NCBI GenBank assembly: GCA_003222205.1
Contig: QHVC01000043.1
Coordinates: forward strand, 1,944-65,943
Length of the DNA: 64,000 bases
Direction: 5' to 3'
Source: Gemmatimonadota bacterium
Lineage (GTDB): Bacteria; Gemmatimonadota; Gemmatimonadetes; Gemmatimonadales; GWC2-71-9
Shown here: piece by piece, positions 38,716 through 47,978 of the stretch
How positions within the stretch are numbered: the stretch's first letter is position 1
Layout: each line of letters begins with the position of its first letter
Position numbers and translations under genes: made by a program
Notes under the pieces: generated by a model
Databases searched by the model: none
The model's input: only the letters and a program-made list of their open reading frames with translations
What the model was told of the DNA's origin: nothing

Positions 38716-40310
38716 CCGCCGACCTCCCGCAGCGCCCGGCTCACCGCGTTGCGCACCAGCGCTTCCTTATCTTGGGCCGCGCGCTCCAGGACGGCGCGGG
38801 CGTCCGGGTGCCGGATCTTGCCCAGCGCCATCGCCGCGCAGGCGCGGGTTTCGGGATCTTCCTTTTTGGCGAGCATCCCCTTGGGCACCAGCATCTTTTC
38901 CAGCAGTGGCACGGCTGCCGCCCCCGCCAGCGTGCCGTAGGCCTCGAAGAACGCCATCTTTTCGGTCAGGTCGCTGCCTTTGAGCTTGCTCCCCGTGACC
39001 GCGCCCTCGATGCGCGCGAACGCATTCCGATAGCCGCGCGCCGCCAGGACCTTGACCGCGGAGATACGCACGTCGCGCTCCGGGTCCGCGACCGCCGTCT
39101 CCAGCAACCGCAGCGCCGCTGGGCTCCCGATGGCGGTCAACGCCTCGACCACCGCGACTTTGAGCTCCCGGTCGCCGGTTTCCAGCAGCTTGCCCATGCC
39201 CTCCGGCGCGCCGGGCAGCTTCAGGCGCGCCGCCAGCCGCACCATCTCGAGCTGCGACGCGCTGTCGTCGCTTGCCAGTGCCTTCAACACCTCGCCCGCG
39301 TGCGCCTGCGCCAGCCGCTCCGCGGCTTTGTGCACGAGCTCTTTGACGCGCGCGTTGGTGAGCTTCGGCAGCCAGCTCATCAGCGTGACGAGGGCATCGG
39401 ACCGCAGCTCCTGAAACAGCTCGCTCAGCTCCTCCTCGGAGGGGTGGACGGCCGCCTCATCGAGCGACTGCAACAGCTGCGACAGCGCCTCCGGCTGCGA
39501 CAAGCGCGCCGGCAAGGCTTCGAGCGCCTGGCGGTGCTCGGGGATGACCTCCCGGGCCCGCTCCAGCACGTTGCGGCTCTCGCGCAGGACATACGCGACC
39601 GAACGGAAATCACCGGCGCCGAGGAGGTAGGGGATGAAGTTCTCGACGATGGAAATCAGCTCCGCGCGGACCGTGCCGTAGGTCTGCAGCTCCAGCAGGT
39701 CGAACAGCATCGCCAGCACGTTGCGGCGCAGGTCCTGCTGATACTCGCGCTCCACCTCCTTGTGGAGGTAGTCGATTTCCTTGTCGTCCAGGAAATAAAG
39801 CGTGGTGTCGAAGTCTTCGACCGAGACCACGCCCTCTCGCTTCGGCGGCGCCTCTTCCTGCACGTGCTGGCGCACGTCGTTGGGGCTGATCGACGGGATC
39901 GTCTCGCCGGCTTCGATCGGCACCGCATTGTCGCTCGCCAGCTCGCGGAAGGTGTAGTTCAGGAACTGGAAGTCTTCCTGCCACAGCAGGGTCAGGAGGT
40001 CGTCGGCGGCTTCGGCCTGCAGGCTGCGCGACTGTTGCAGCACGCGCAGAAACTTGACGATCTCTTCTTCCTCGACGCCCGGCTTCATCGCCAGCGAGCG
40101 CACCCCGTCTTTGTACAGTGTCCAGGCAACGCTCTCGTTTTTCTGATCGTTGGCGTAGACGATGTGCTCTTCCCAGCGCAGCGACGTTTCCAGCACGTCG
40201 AACACGAGGTCGCCGGTGGCCTGCCAGATCTGGCGGAGGGCGCTCCGGATGTTCTCCACCGCGCGCTGGTAGACCGGGTTGTTCGGCAGGTACAGCTGGG
40301 TCGCCCGCAT
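38712..40310 (-). CDS. HEAT-repeat protein
   Basis: C-terminal HEAT/PBS-lyase-like repeats are present (..DRELKVAVVEALTAIGSPAAL.LL..AVADPERDVRISAVKVLAA.., ..ACAAMALGKIRHPDARAVLERAAQDKEALVRNAVSRAL). The first canonical start is ATG at 40310. High-GC3 coding signal continues upstream to the trpB stop at 40385-40387. Confidence 0.7.
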   Translation of the reverse strand: MRATQLYLPNNPVYQRAVENIRSALRQIWQATGDLVFDVLETSLRWEEHIVYANDQKNESVAWTLYKDGVRSLAMKPGVEEEEIVKFLRVLQQSRSLQAEAADDLLTLLWQEDFQFLNYTFRELASDNAVPIEAGETIPSISPNDVRQHVQEEAPPKREGVVSVEDFDTTLYFLDDKEIDYLHKEVEREYQQDLRRNVLAMLFDLLELQTYGTVRAELISIVENFIPYLLGAGDFRSVAYVLRESRNVLERAREVIPEHRQALEALPARLSQPEALSQLLQSLDEAAVHPSEEELSELFQELRSDALVTLMSWLPKLTNARVKELVHKAAERLAQAHAGEVLKALASDDSASQLEMVRLAARLKLPGAPEGMGKLLETGDRELKVAVVEALTAIGSPAALRLLETAVADPERDVRISAVKVLAARGYRNAFARIEGAVTGSKLKGSDLTEKMAFFEAYGTLAGAAAVPLLEKMLVPKGMLAKKEDPETRACAAMALGKIRHPDARAVLERAAQDKEALVRNAVSRALREVGG

Positions 40311-40384
40311 CCCCTTGCCGAGGAGCGACCACAGCTCCTCGACCTGCGACGGCGGCAGGGCCAGCTCGGGGATTGGCGCGTTGC

Positions 40385-41575
40385 TCAGGTCCGGACTCCC
40401 GTGAGGTCCGCGACCAGGGCGACGTCTTTGTCGCCCCGCCCGCTGAGATTGATGAGGACCACGTCCCCGGCGGACCACCGCCCGGGGTGCGCCAGGACCC
40501 AGGCCACCGCATGGGCGCTTTCCAGCGCGGGCAGGATGCCCTCCAGCCGGCTGAGCCCCGCGAAGGCGTCCAGGGCCTGGCGGTCGGTCACGGCTTCATA
40601 CAATACCCGACCGGCGTCCTTGAGGTAAGCATGTTCGGGCCCGACCCCGGGATAGTCCAGACCCGCGGAGACCGAATGCGCCGGTTGCACTTGTCCGTCC
40701 TCGTCTTGGAGCAGGTAGCTCAAGCTGCCGTGGAAGACGCCCGGCCGCCCACGGGCCAGCGACGCCGCGTGCCGCCCTTCCAGCCCTTCGCCCGCTGCCT
40801 CCACGCCCACGAGCTCCACCTCCCGGTCGCCAAGAAACGCGGTGAAGATCCCGAGTGCGTTGGACCCGCCGCCGACGCACGCCACGACCGTGCGCGGCAG
40901 CCGTCCGAACCGTTGCAGCACCTGCTCCCGCGCTTCGCGCCCGATCACCGCCTGGAAGTCCCGCACGATGCGCGGGAACGGGTCCGGCCCCACGACGGAG
41001 CCGATGATGTAGTGCGTGGTCGTGACGTTGGTGACCCAGTCGCGCAGGGCTTCGTTGGTCGCGTCCTTCAACGTGCGCGTGCCGCTGGACACCGGGACCA
41101 CTCGCGCCCCCATCAGCTCCATGCGGTACACGTTGAGCCGCTGGCGGCGCATGTCCTCCTCGCCCATGTACACCACGCAATCGAGACCGAAGCGCGCACA
41201 CACGGTCGCCGTCGCCACGCCGTGCTGGCCCGCGCCCGTTTCCGCGATGATGCGGCGCTTCCCCATGCGTCGCGCGAGCAGCGCCTGGCCGAGCGTGTTG
41301 TTGATCTTGTGGGCCCCGGTGTGGTTCAGATCTTCGCGCTTCAAGACGACTCGGACCCCCGCCCCGACCTGCGCTGAGAGCCGCGGCACGTCGCTGAGCG
41401 GCGTCGGCCGGCCGACGTAGTCTTTGAGCAGCGCCTCCAGCTCCGCCGCGAACGCAGGGTCCGCCGTCGCCGCCTCGTAGACGCGGGCCAGCTCGTCCAA
41501 CGCCGCCATCAGCGTTTCCGGCACGTAGCGGCCGCCGTAGGGGCCGAACCGGCCGAGGTCCGTCGTCACCGTCAC
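40385..41575 (-). CDS. trpB: Tryptophan synthase beta chain
   Basis: ..[15 protein letters not shown].. and ..[14 protein letters not shown].. (PLP lysine) are present. GTG at 41575 overlaps the trpC stop (GTGA); ATG at 41599 is the alternative start. Confidence 0.92.
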   Translation of the reverse strand: MTVTTDLGRFGPYGGRYVPETLMAALDELARVYEAATADPAFAAELEALLKDYVGRPTPLSDVPRLSAQVGAGVRVVLKREDLNHTGAHKINNTLGQALLARRMGKRRIIAETGAGQHGVATATVCARFGLDCVVYMGEEDMRRQRLNVYRMELMGARVVPVSSGTRTLKDATNEALRDWVTNVTTTHYIIGSVVGPDPFPRIVRDFQAVIGREAREQVLQRFGRLPRTVVACVGGGSNALGIFTAFLGDREVELVGVEAAGEGLEGRHAASLARGRPGVFHGSLSYLLQDEDGQVQPAHSVSAGLDYPGVGPEHAYLKDAGRVLYEAVTDRQALDAFAGLSRLEGILPALESAHAVAWVLAHPGRWSAGDVVLINLSGRGDKDVALVADLTGVRT

Positions 41576-42363
41576 CGCCCCCGCCTCGGCACGCCGCATA
41601 ATGCCCGTACCGCCCCTTCGGGATCCGCGAGGCGCGCAACCGAGGTGCCGACCAGCACCAGATCGGCCCCGCATCCTGCGAGCCGTTCGACGTCGGCCAC
41701 GGTTTCAATGCCGCTCTCGCCTACCGCCGTCACCCCGGTCGGCACGAGCGGCAGCAGTCGCTCCGCCACGCGCAGGTCGACGGCGAGTGTGTCGAGATCG
41801 CGGCTGTTGACGCCGACGGCCGTCGGCGCGGCGGCGAGCGCCCCTTCCAGCTCCGACTCGGAGTGCGCTTCGATCAATGTGCCGAGACCGAGGCCCTTCG
41901 CTTCCCGCGCGAGGGCCCGCAGCCGGTCGGGGGCGAGCGCGCGGACGATGAGCAGCACGCCGCTCGCGCCGGCGGCCCGCGCTTCGAACAGCTGCAGTAC
42001 GTCGACGATGAAATCCTTGCACAACACCGGCACCGGCACCGCTCGCGCCACACGTTCCAGGTCTTCCACCGCGCCGCCGAAGTGCCGCTCGTCGGTCAAC
42101 ACCGAAACCGCCGCGGCACCGCCGCGCACATACGCCCGGGCGTGCCCGACCGGGTCCAAATTCTCCCGGATCGCTCCCGCCGACGGCGAGCGGCGTTTCA
42201 CCTCGGCGATCAGTCCGACGGTCGCGCCGCGGAACGCCGACTCGAGCACGGGCCCGGGCGGGGCCGCCGCCGCCGCGCGCTCCAGCTGGCGCGCCTTGGG
42301 CCGCAGCGCCGCGACGCGTTCGCGCGTTGCTTCGAGGATGCCGGCAAGGGTGGGGTTGGTCAC
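41572..42363 (-). CDS. trpC: Indole-3-glycerol phosphate synthase
   Basis: ..[14 protein letters not shown].., ..AVSVLTD...F.G.., ..LCKDFI.., ..IEAH.. and ..VGVNSRDL.. are present. GTG at 42363 was chosen; ATG at 42420 would abut the lexA start. Confidence 0.9.
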   Translation of the reverse strand: MTNPTLAGILEATRERVAALRPKARQLERAAAAAPPGPVLESAFRGATVGLIAEVKRRSPSAGAIRENLDPVGHARAYVRGGAAAVSVLTDERHFGGAVEDLERVARAVPVPVLCKDFIVDVLQLFEARAAGASGVLLIVRALAPDRLRALAREAKGLGLGTLIEAHSESELEGALAAAPTAVGVNSRDLDTLAVDLRVAERLLPLVPTGVTAVGESGIETVADVERLAGCGADLVLVGTSVARLADPEGAVRALCGVPRRGR

Positions 42364-42370
42364 GCTTGCG

Positions 42371-42412
42371 TTCGGTCCGTCTTCGGGTAGATTATATTCG
42401 GTTTCCTTTCGG
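42371..42412. promoter_or_regulatory. Four direct TTCGG repeats in the trpC/lexA divergent region (candidate operator)
   Basis: TTCGG occurs at 42371, 42382, 42397 and 42408, giving spacings of 11, 15 and 11 nt. An AT-rich TAGATTATATT block lies between the two pairs, 8-49 nt upstream of the lexA ATG. Confidence 0.3.
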
Positions 42413-42419
42413 GGGCCCA

Positions 42420-43028
42420 ATGCCGCTCACGCGTCGCCAGCGCGAAATCCTCGATTACCTCACGGGCTACATCACCGACCACGGGTACGCTCCCAGTTTC
42501 GAGGAAATCGCCCGCCAATTCGCCTTCGCCTCGCTCGCGACGGTCCACGAGCACCTGACCAACCTCGAGCGCAAAGGGTACATCCGCCGCAACCACAACG
42601 AGAGCCGCGCGATCGAGATCGTGCCGCCCAAAGGCCAGACGGGGGCCACCGAGCTCCCGCTGCTCGGCCTCGTCGCCGCCGGCCAGCCGATCGAAGCCGT
42701 GACCGGGGACGACACCATCGCCGTCCCCGACGAACTGCTGCCGCGGCGTGGCCGCAGCTACGTGCTCCGCGTCCGGGGCAATTCGATGGTCGACGAGCAC
42801 ATCCAGGACGGCGATTTCGTCGTGGTCCAGGAGCGCAACCAGGCGGACAACGGACAGACGGTGATCGCCCTCGTGGACGGCTCGAGCGCCACCGTCAAGA
42901 AGTTCTACCGCGAGCCCGGCGGCTGGATCAGGCTGCAACCGGCGAATCCCGAGATGGCTCCCCTGCGCCTCAACGAGCGCGACGTGATCGTCCAGGGAGT
43001 CGTCGTCGGCGTCATCCGGAAGTACTAG
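42420..43028 (+). CDS. lexA: LexA repressor
   Basis: MPLTRRQREILDYL.......GYAPSFEEIA is the winged-helix N-domain. The cleavage site VAAGQP and the S24 peptidase motifs ..RVRGNSM.. and ..ATVKKF.. are present. Confidence 0.93.
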   Translation: MPLTRRQREILDYLTGYITDHGYAPSFEEIARQFAFASLATVHEHLTNLERKGYIRRNHNESRAIEIVPPKGQTGATELPLLGLVAAGQPIEAVTGDDTIAVPDELLPRRGRSYVLRVRGNSMVDEHIQDGDFVVVQERNQADNGQTVIALVDGSSATVKKFYREPGGWIRLQPANPEMAPLRLNERDVIVQGVVVGVIRKY

Positions 43029-44067
43029 GGCTCGCTCGCCGGAGGCGCTGCAGCGCCTCCCCGGCGGCGCCGGACTCCACCGCGTCGCGCGCCCGCGCGA
43101 TTCCTTCCTCGTAGCTAGCCGCCAGGCCGGCGACGTACACCGCCGCGCCGGCATTGAGCAGCACGGCGGCCAGACCGGGCGCGTCGCCCCGCTCCCGCTC
43201 CAGGAGGCGGCGCAGTCGGGCGGCGTTGGCCGATGGGTCCCCGCCCCGTAACGCGGCCGCGTCATCCACCGCCAGGTGGTGCGCTCCCGGATCCAGCTGC
43301 CAAGGGCGGACCTCGTCCCCGCGAACCTCCCAGACGTCGGTCACGCCGATCGGCGAGATCTCGTCCATGCCGACCCGCCCGTGCACGACGAGCGCGTGCT
43401 CGGTTCCGAGACGCGCGAGGGCAGCGGCGAGCAGTGGCGCGCGGTCGCGGTCGGCAACGCCGACGACCTGACGCGTGGCACCCGCCGGATTGGCGAGCGG
43501 GCCCAGGAGGTTCATGATCGAGGGGGTCCCAAGCTCGCGCCGTACCGGCCCCACGTGCCGCATCGCGGGGTGAAAGTTCGGCGCGAACAGGAAGGCCACG
43601 CGCGCCTCGCGCAATACCCGCGCGGCTCCCGCCGCGTCGAGGCCGATCCCGATTCCCAACGCTTCCAGCACGTCCGCCGAGCCGCATTGCGACGTGAACG
43701 AGCGGTTGCCGTGTTTGGCGACCGCGGCGCCCGCGCCGGCGGCGACGAAGGCCGCCCCGGTCGAGATATTGAACGTCCCGACCGCCCCACCGCCGGTCCC
43801 GCAGGTGTCCACGAGGTGAGCGCCGTCGGCGTCGACGCGGACCATCGCCGCGCGCAACGCCCGGGCCGCGCCCGCCACCTCGTCCGGCGTCTCCCCCTTG
43901 ACCCGCAGGCCGACGAGCAAGCCGGCGATCTGCGCGGGCGAAGCCTCGCCCCGCATCACGACCCCGAAGACGGCGGCGGCGAGCGATTCGCTGAGCGACT
44001 GCCGGTTGGCGAGGGCGACGAGGGCCTGCTGCAGGGGGGGTGCGGAGGGCGTCGCGGCGTCGGGCAT
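43012..44067 (-). CDS. trpD: Anthranilate phosphoribosyltransferase
   Basis: 351 aa; ..GLLVGLRVKGET..E.., ..VDTCGTGGG...FNIST.., ..KHGNRS.TS..GSADVLEALG.. are present. Confidence 0.92.
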   Translation of the reverse strand: MPDAATPSAPPLQQALVALANRQSLSESLAAAVFGVVMRGEASPAQIAGLLVGLRVKGETPDEVAGAARALRAAMVRVDADGAHLVDTCGTGGGAVGTFNISTGAAFVAAGAGAAVAKHGNRSFTSQCGSADVLEALGIGIGLDAAGAARVLREARVAFLFAPNFHPAMRHVGPVRRELGTPSIMNLLGPLANPAGATRQVVGVADRDRAPLLAAALARLGTEHALVVHGRVGMDEISPIGVTDVWEVRGDEVRPWQLDPGAHHLAVDDAAALRGGDPSANAARLRRLLERERGDAPGLAAVLLNAGAAVYVAGLAASYEEGIARARDAVESGAAGEALQRLRRASPSTSG

Positions 44068-44088
44068 GGAGCGAGGTCAGGGGTGCCA

Positions 44089-44118
44089 AAGCTACCCCGA
44101 AAAACGGGCTTTTGTCAA
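44089..44118 (-). promoter_or_regulatory. Putative promoter for trpD (TTGACA-N18-TAGCTT)
   Basis: The minus strand reads TTGACA (44113-44118), an 18-nt spacer, then TAGCTT (44089-44094), ending about 20 nt upstream of the trpD ATG. Confidence 0.3.
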
Positions 44119-44176
44119 ACAGGGACAACGGGTTGCGCCGCTTGATGCCCCCCCGCGTTTTCTCTATCTTTCGCGC

Positions 44177-44956
44177 GTGACAAGCCGGCCCTTCCTCGCC
44201 GTGGTGCACTACGACGGGGCCCAGTTCGTGGGGTGGCAGCGCCAGGCCAAGGGCCGGACCGTTCAGGGGGAGTTCGAGGAGGTGCTCGCGCGCCTGCTCG
44301 GCCACCGAACGACCGCGACCGGTGCCGGACGCACCGACACGGGAGTCCACGCCCTCGGGCAAGCTGTCGGATTCGCGACTGAGGATCGCTGGGCGGGCGA
44401 CGTGTCGGGGCTCAAGCGGGCGCTCAACGCGCTCCTCCCTCGGGATGTCTGGGTCGAGCGCGTGCACGCGATGCGGCCGGGGTTTCACGCCCGCACCAGC
44501 GCCACAGCGCGGCGCTACCGGTACGTGATCGGCACCGACGAGGCGTGCCGGTCCCCGTTCCGGCGGCCGTACGAATGGGCCTTGGGACGGCCGCTCGATC
44601 TCGATGGCCTGACCCGGGCCGCGGCCGGGCTCGCCGGGGAGCACAGCTTTCGCGGCCTCGCGATGGCCGGCGCGTCGCGACCCGACTACCGATGCCGCGT
44701 GGCGCTCGCCCAATGGGCGCCGCGAGCGGACGGAGCGGGCGTGACGTTCGAGATCGAAGCCGATCGGTTCCTGCACCGCATGGTGCGCTTCCTGGTGGGG
44801 CTCATGGTGGACATCGCCCTCGGGCGCCGCCCGCCGTCGGATCTCTCCACTCTGCTCGCCGCGGCCGATAACCAGGCGGCCAGTCCGCCCGCCCCGCCCC
44901 AGGGATTGTACCTGGCGGCCGTGCGCTATCCTCCTGACCTCTACGCCGAGGCCTGA
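44177..44956 (+). CDS. truA: tRNA pseudouridine(38-40) synthase TruA
   Basis: GTG at 44177. ..YDG..F.GWQRQ.., the catalytic ..GAGRTDTGVHA.GQ.. and ..F.HRMVR.LVG.. are present. Confidence 0.9.
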   Translation: MTSRPFLAVVHYDGAQFVGWQRQAKGRTVQGEFEEVLARLLGHRTTATGAGRTDTGVHALGQAVGFATEDRWAGDVSGLKRALNALLPRDVWVERVHAMRPGFHARTSATARRYRYVIGTDEACRSPFRRPYEWALGRPLDLDGLTRAAAGLAGEHSFRGLAMAGASRPDYRCRVALAQWAPRADGAGVTFEIEADRFLHRMVRFLVGLMVDIALGRRPPSDLSTLLAAADNQAASPPAPPQGLYLAAVRYPPDLYAEA

Positions 44957-44959
44957 GCC

Positions 44960-45628
44960 ATGAAGTTCTTCCTCGATACCGCCAGCTTGAAGGACATCAG
45001 CTGGGCCGCGCAGGCGGGCCTCATCGACGGCGTGACCACGAACCCCTCGCTGCTGGCGAAGCAGGCCGGCGACCTCGATCCGCGGGACGTGCTCAAGGAG
45101 ATCTGCTCGCTCGTCGACGGACCGGTCTCCGCCGAGGTGGTAGCGATCGACACGGACGGCATGCTGAAGGAAGGCCGCAGCCTCGCGAAGATCGCCGACA
45201 ACATCGTGGTCAAGATCCCGATGCTGGAAGACGGCATGATCGCGGTGCGCCGCCTCGCCGCCGAGGGGATCAAGACCAACGTCACGCTGTGTTTCTCGAG
45301 CGTGCAGTGCCTCATCGCCGCGAAGGCGGGCGCGGCGTTTGTGAGCCCCTTCATCGGACGGTTGGACGACGTGGGCCAGGAGGGGATGGACGTGATCCGC
45401 GAGGCCCGCGTCATCTTCGACAACTACGACCTCGCCACCGAGATCCTCGCGGCCTCGATCCGCCACCCGCGCCACGTCGTCGAGGCCGCGATGATCGGCG
45501 CTGACGTCGTGACGCTGCCCGCGGACGTTCTCAAGAAGCTGCTACTGCATCCGCTCACCGATCGCGGACTCGATCAGTTCCTGAACGACTGGAGCAAGCT
45601 GGCCGCGCGCGCCAAGGCCTCGGTTTGA
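44960..45628 (+). CDS. fsa: Fructose-6-phosphate aldolase / transaldolase (short, class 3B)
   Basis: [11 protein letters not shown]......[11 protein letters not shown].., ..VKIP.. and ..TNVTLCFS..Q...AA.AGA..VSPF.GR.DD are present. Confidence 0.9.
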   Translation: MKFFLDTASLKDISWAAQAGLIDGVTTNPSLLAKQAGDLDPRDVLKEICSLVDGPVSAEVVAIDTDGMLKEGRSLAKIADNIVVKIPMLEDGMIAVRRLAAEGIKTNVTLCFSSVQCLIAAKAGAAFVSPFIGRLDDVGQEGMDVIREARVIFDNYDLATEILAASIRHPRHVVEAAMIGADVVTLPADVLKKLLLHPLTDRGLDQFLNDWSKLAARAKASV

Positions 45629-47058
45629 GCTACGTCTCGCCGCTCTCGACGCGGTACGCCTCCCCGGCGATGCAGGCGCTGTGGAGCGAGCGCCGGCGCA
45701 TCGGGTTGTGGCGACGGCTGTGGCTCGCCTTGATGGAGGGGCAGCGCGAGCTGGGGCTCGACATTCCCGGGGCCGCCGTGGAGCAGCTCCGCGCGCACGT
45801 CGACGACGTCGACCTCGATCGCGCGGCCGAGTACGAGAAGCGGCTGCGCCACGACGTCATGGCGCACATCCACCACCTGGGCGACCAGGCGCCGGCGGCA
45901 CGTGGTTTCCTGCACCTCGGGGCCACCAGCGCGTACGTCACCGACAACGCGGACCTGCTGCTGATGCGGGAAGGCCTGCAGCTGCTCCTCGGGCGGCTCC
46001 AGGCGGTGCTCGTCGCGCTCGGCAAGGTCGCACGCCGCTACCGCGCCGTCCCCTGCCTCGCGTACACGCACTTTCAGCCCGCGCAGCTGACCACCGTGGG
46101 CAAACGCGTCACGCTGTGGATGCAGGACTTCCTCCTCGACGCGGAGGAGGTGCTCCACCGCCTGGAGACGTTGCAGTTCCGGGGCGTCAAGGGGACCACC
46201 GGGACACAGGCCAGCTTCCTCGACCTGTTCGACGGCGACCAGGAGAAGGTCGCCGAGCTCGACCGCGGCGTCGCGCGCCGCATGGGCTTCGCGCGGGTGT
46301 TCTCGGTCACCGGCCAGACCTACCCGCGCAAGCAGGACGCCCAGGTGCTGGCGGCGTTGTCCGGCATCGCGACCTCGGCGGCCAAGTTCGCGACCGACGT
46401 GCGGCTGCTGCAGCATGAAGGCGAGGTGCTGGAGCCGCTCGAGGGCGAGCAGGTGGGCTCGAGCGCAATGGCCTACAAACGCAACCCGATGCGCGCTGAG
46501 CGGATGACGAGCCTCGCGCGGTTCGTCATCGAGCTCGAGGGCAACGCCTGGCACACCGCGGCGACGCAGTGGCTCGAGCGCACCCTCGACGACAGCGCGA
46601 ACCGGAGACTCGTAATCCCCGAGGCGTTCCTCGCCACGGATGGAATCCTGGTGCTCGCCACCAACGTGGCCGCGGGGCTCGAGGTGCGCGAAGCGGTGAT
46701 CGCCCGCCACGTCGCGGCGACGATGCCCTTCCTGGCCACCGAGCGGCTCCTCATGAAGGCGGTAAAGGCCGGCGGCGACCGTCAGACCCTTCACGAGGTG
46801 ATCCGCACACACAGCCTCGCCGTGACGCAGGCGGTCGCGGAGCAGGGGGCGGCCAACGACCTGCTCGATCGGCTGGCCGCCGACTTCGAGTTCAAGCGAC
46901 TCAAGGTCCGAGTGACCGCGGACGAGCTGGCGCCCGGCGGCTACGTCGGCCGCGCTCCGCAACAGGTGGATGAATTCCTGGACGACGTGCTCCCCCCGGT
47001 GCTGCGGCGCATCGAGACGGCCGCCCCGGCCACTGCGACCGCCGAGGTGCAGGTATGA
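45625..47058 (+). CDS. purB: Adenylosuccinate lyase
   Basis: ..LSTRYASP.M...WSE.., ..[13 protein letters not shown].. and the signature [11 protein letters not shown] are present. The TTG start overlaps the fsa stop (TTGA). Confidence 0.92.
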   Translation: MSYVSPLSTRYASPAMQALWSERRRIGLWRRLWLALMEGQRELGLDIPGAAVEQLRAHVDDVDLDRAAEYEKRLRHDVMAHIHHLGDQAPAARGFLHLGATSAYVTDNADLLLMREGLQLLLGRLQAVLVALGKVARRYRAVPCLAYTHFQPAQLTTVGKRVTLWMQDFLLDAEEVLHRLETLQFRGVKGTTGTQASFLDLFDGDQEKVAELDRGVARRMGFARVFSVTGQTYPRKQDAQVLAALSGIATSAAKFATDVRLLQHEGEVLEPLEGEQVGSSAMAYKRNPMRAERMTSLARFVIELEGNAWHTAATQWLERTLDDSANRRLVIPEAFLATDGILVLATNVAAGLEVREAVIARHVAATMPFLATERLLMKAVKAGGDRQTLHEVIRTHSLAVTQAVAEQGAANDLLDRLAADFEFKRLKVRVTADELAPGGYVGRAPQQVDEFLDDVLPPVLRRIETAAPATATAEVQV

Positions 47059-47978
47059 CCGTCCCGTTGGTGGAGAGCCGCCTTCCCCTGCCGCTGCTGC
47101 GGCGCGGCAAAGTGCGCGAGGTCTACGAGGTGGACCAGGACGCGCTCTTGATAGTCGCGAGCGACCGGGTGAGCGCGTTCGACGTGGTGCTGCGCGAGCC
47201 GGTCCCGCACAAGGGGGCCGTGCTTACCCAGCTCAGCGCCTTCTGGTTCCGCCTGCTCGCGCGCGCGATGCCGCACCACTTGCTCACCGCCGCCCCGGAC
47301 GAGATCGTCGCGCGCGTCCCCGCCCTCGCCGACCACCGCGAGGCGATCGCGGGTCGGGCCATGCTGGTGCGGCGCACGACGCCGCTGCCGTTCGAGTGCG
47401 TCGTGCGCGGGTTCCTGTCGGGGTCGGCGTGGTCCGAGTACCGGCGGGCGGGGACTCTGGCCGGTGAGCCGCTGCCGGGTGGATGGGTCGAGAGCCAGCC
47501 GCTCGACCCGGCGATCTTCTCTCCGGCGACGAAGGCCGAGCGCGGCCACGACGAGAACGTGACGTTCGCGTACGTGGTCACGGCGCTGGGCCAGGCGCTC
47601 GCCCAGCGGCTGCGGCGCGCGAGCCTCGAGCTCTACGAGGCGGGCCGCGCGTTCGCCGCCGGGCGCGGCATCATCATCGCCGACACCAAATTCGAGTTCG
47701 GAACGACGGCCGACGGGACGCTCCTGGTCATCGACGAGATGCTGACGCCCGACTCGTCGCGCTTCTGGCCGGCAGACAGCTACGCCCCGGGTCGCGGCCA
47801 GCCCAGCTTCGACAAGCAGCCGCTGCGCGACTATCTCGCGGACCTCAAGGCTCAGGGACGCTGGGACGGGGATCCCCCGCCCCCGTCGCTTCCCGACGAG
47901 GTAGTCCACGCGACGAGCGCACGCTATCTCGAGGCCTACCGCCGCCTCACCGGCGCGGACCTGGAGACGGCCCAGTGA
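47055..47978 (+). CDS. purC: Phosphoribosylaminoimidazole-succinocarboxamide synthase
   Basis: ..[11 protein letters not shown].., ..ASDR.SAFD.. and ..[11 protein letters not shown].. are present. The ATG overlaps the purB stop. Confidence 0.92.
   Translation: MTVPLVESRLPLPLLRRGKVREVYEVDQDALLIVASDRVSAFDVVLREPVPHKGAVLTQLSAFWFRLLARAMPHHLLTAAPDEIVARVPALADHREAIAGRAMLVRRTTPLPFECVVRGFLSGSAWSEYRRAGTLAGEPLPGGWVESQPLDPAIFSPATKAERGHDENVTFAYVVTALGQALAQRLRRASLELYEAGRAFAAGRGIIIADTKFEFGTTADGTLLVIDEMLTPDSSRFWPADSYAPGRGQPSFDKQPLRDYLADLKAQGRWDGDPPPPSLPDEVVHATSARYLEAYRRLTGADLETAQ

Noticed and set aside
40381-40412. GTCCGGAC and GTCCGCGAC near the trpB stop as a fourth copy of the 8-bp array
   Set aside because: Only two imperfect, non-periodic matches are present. 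They lack the period-8 tandem structure of the other three loci.
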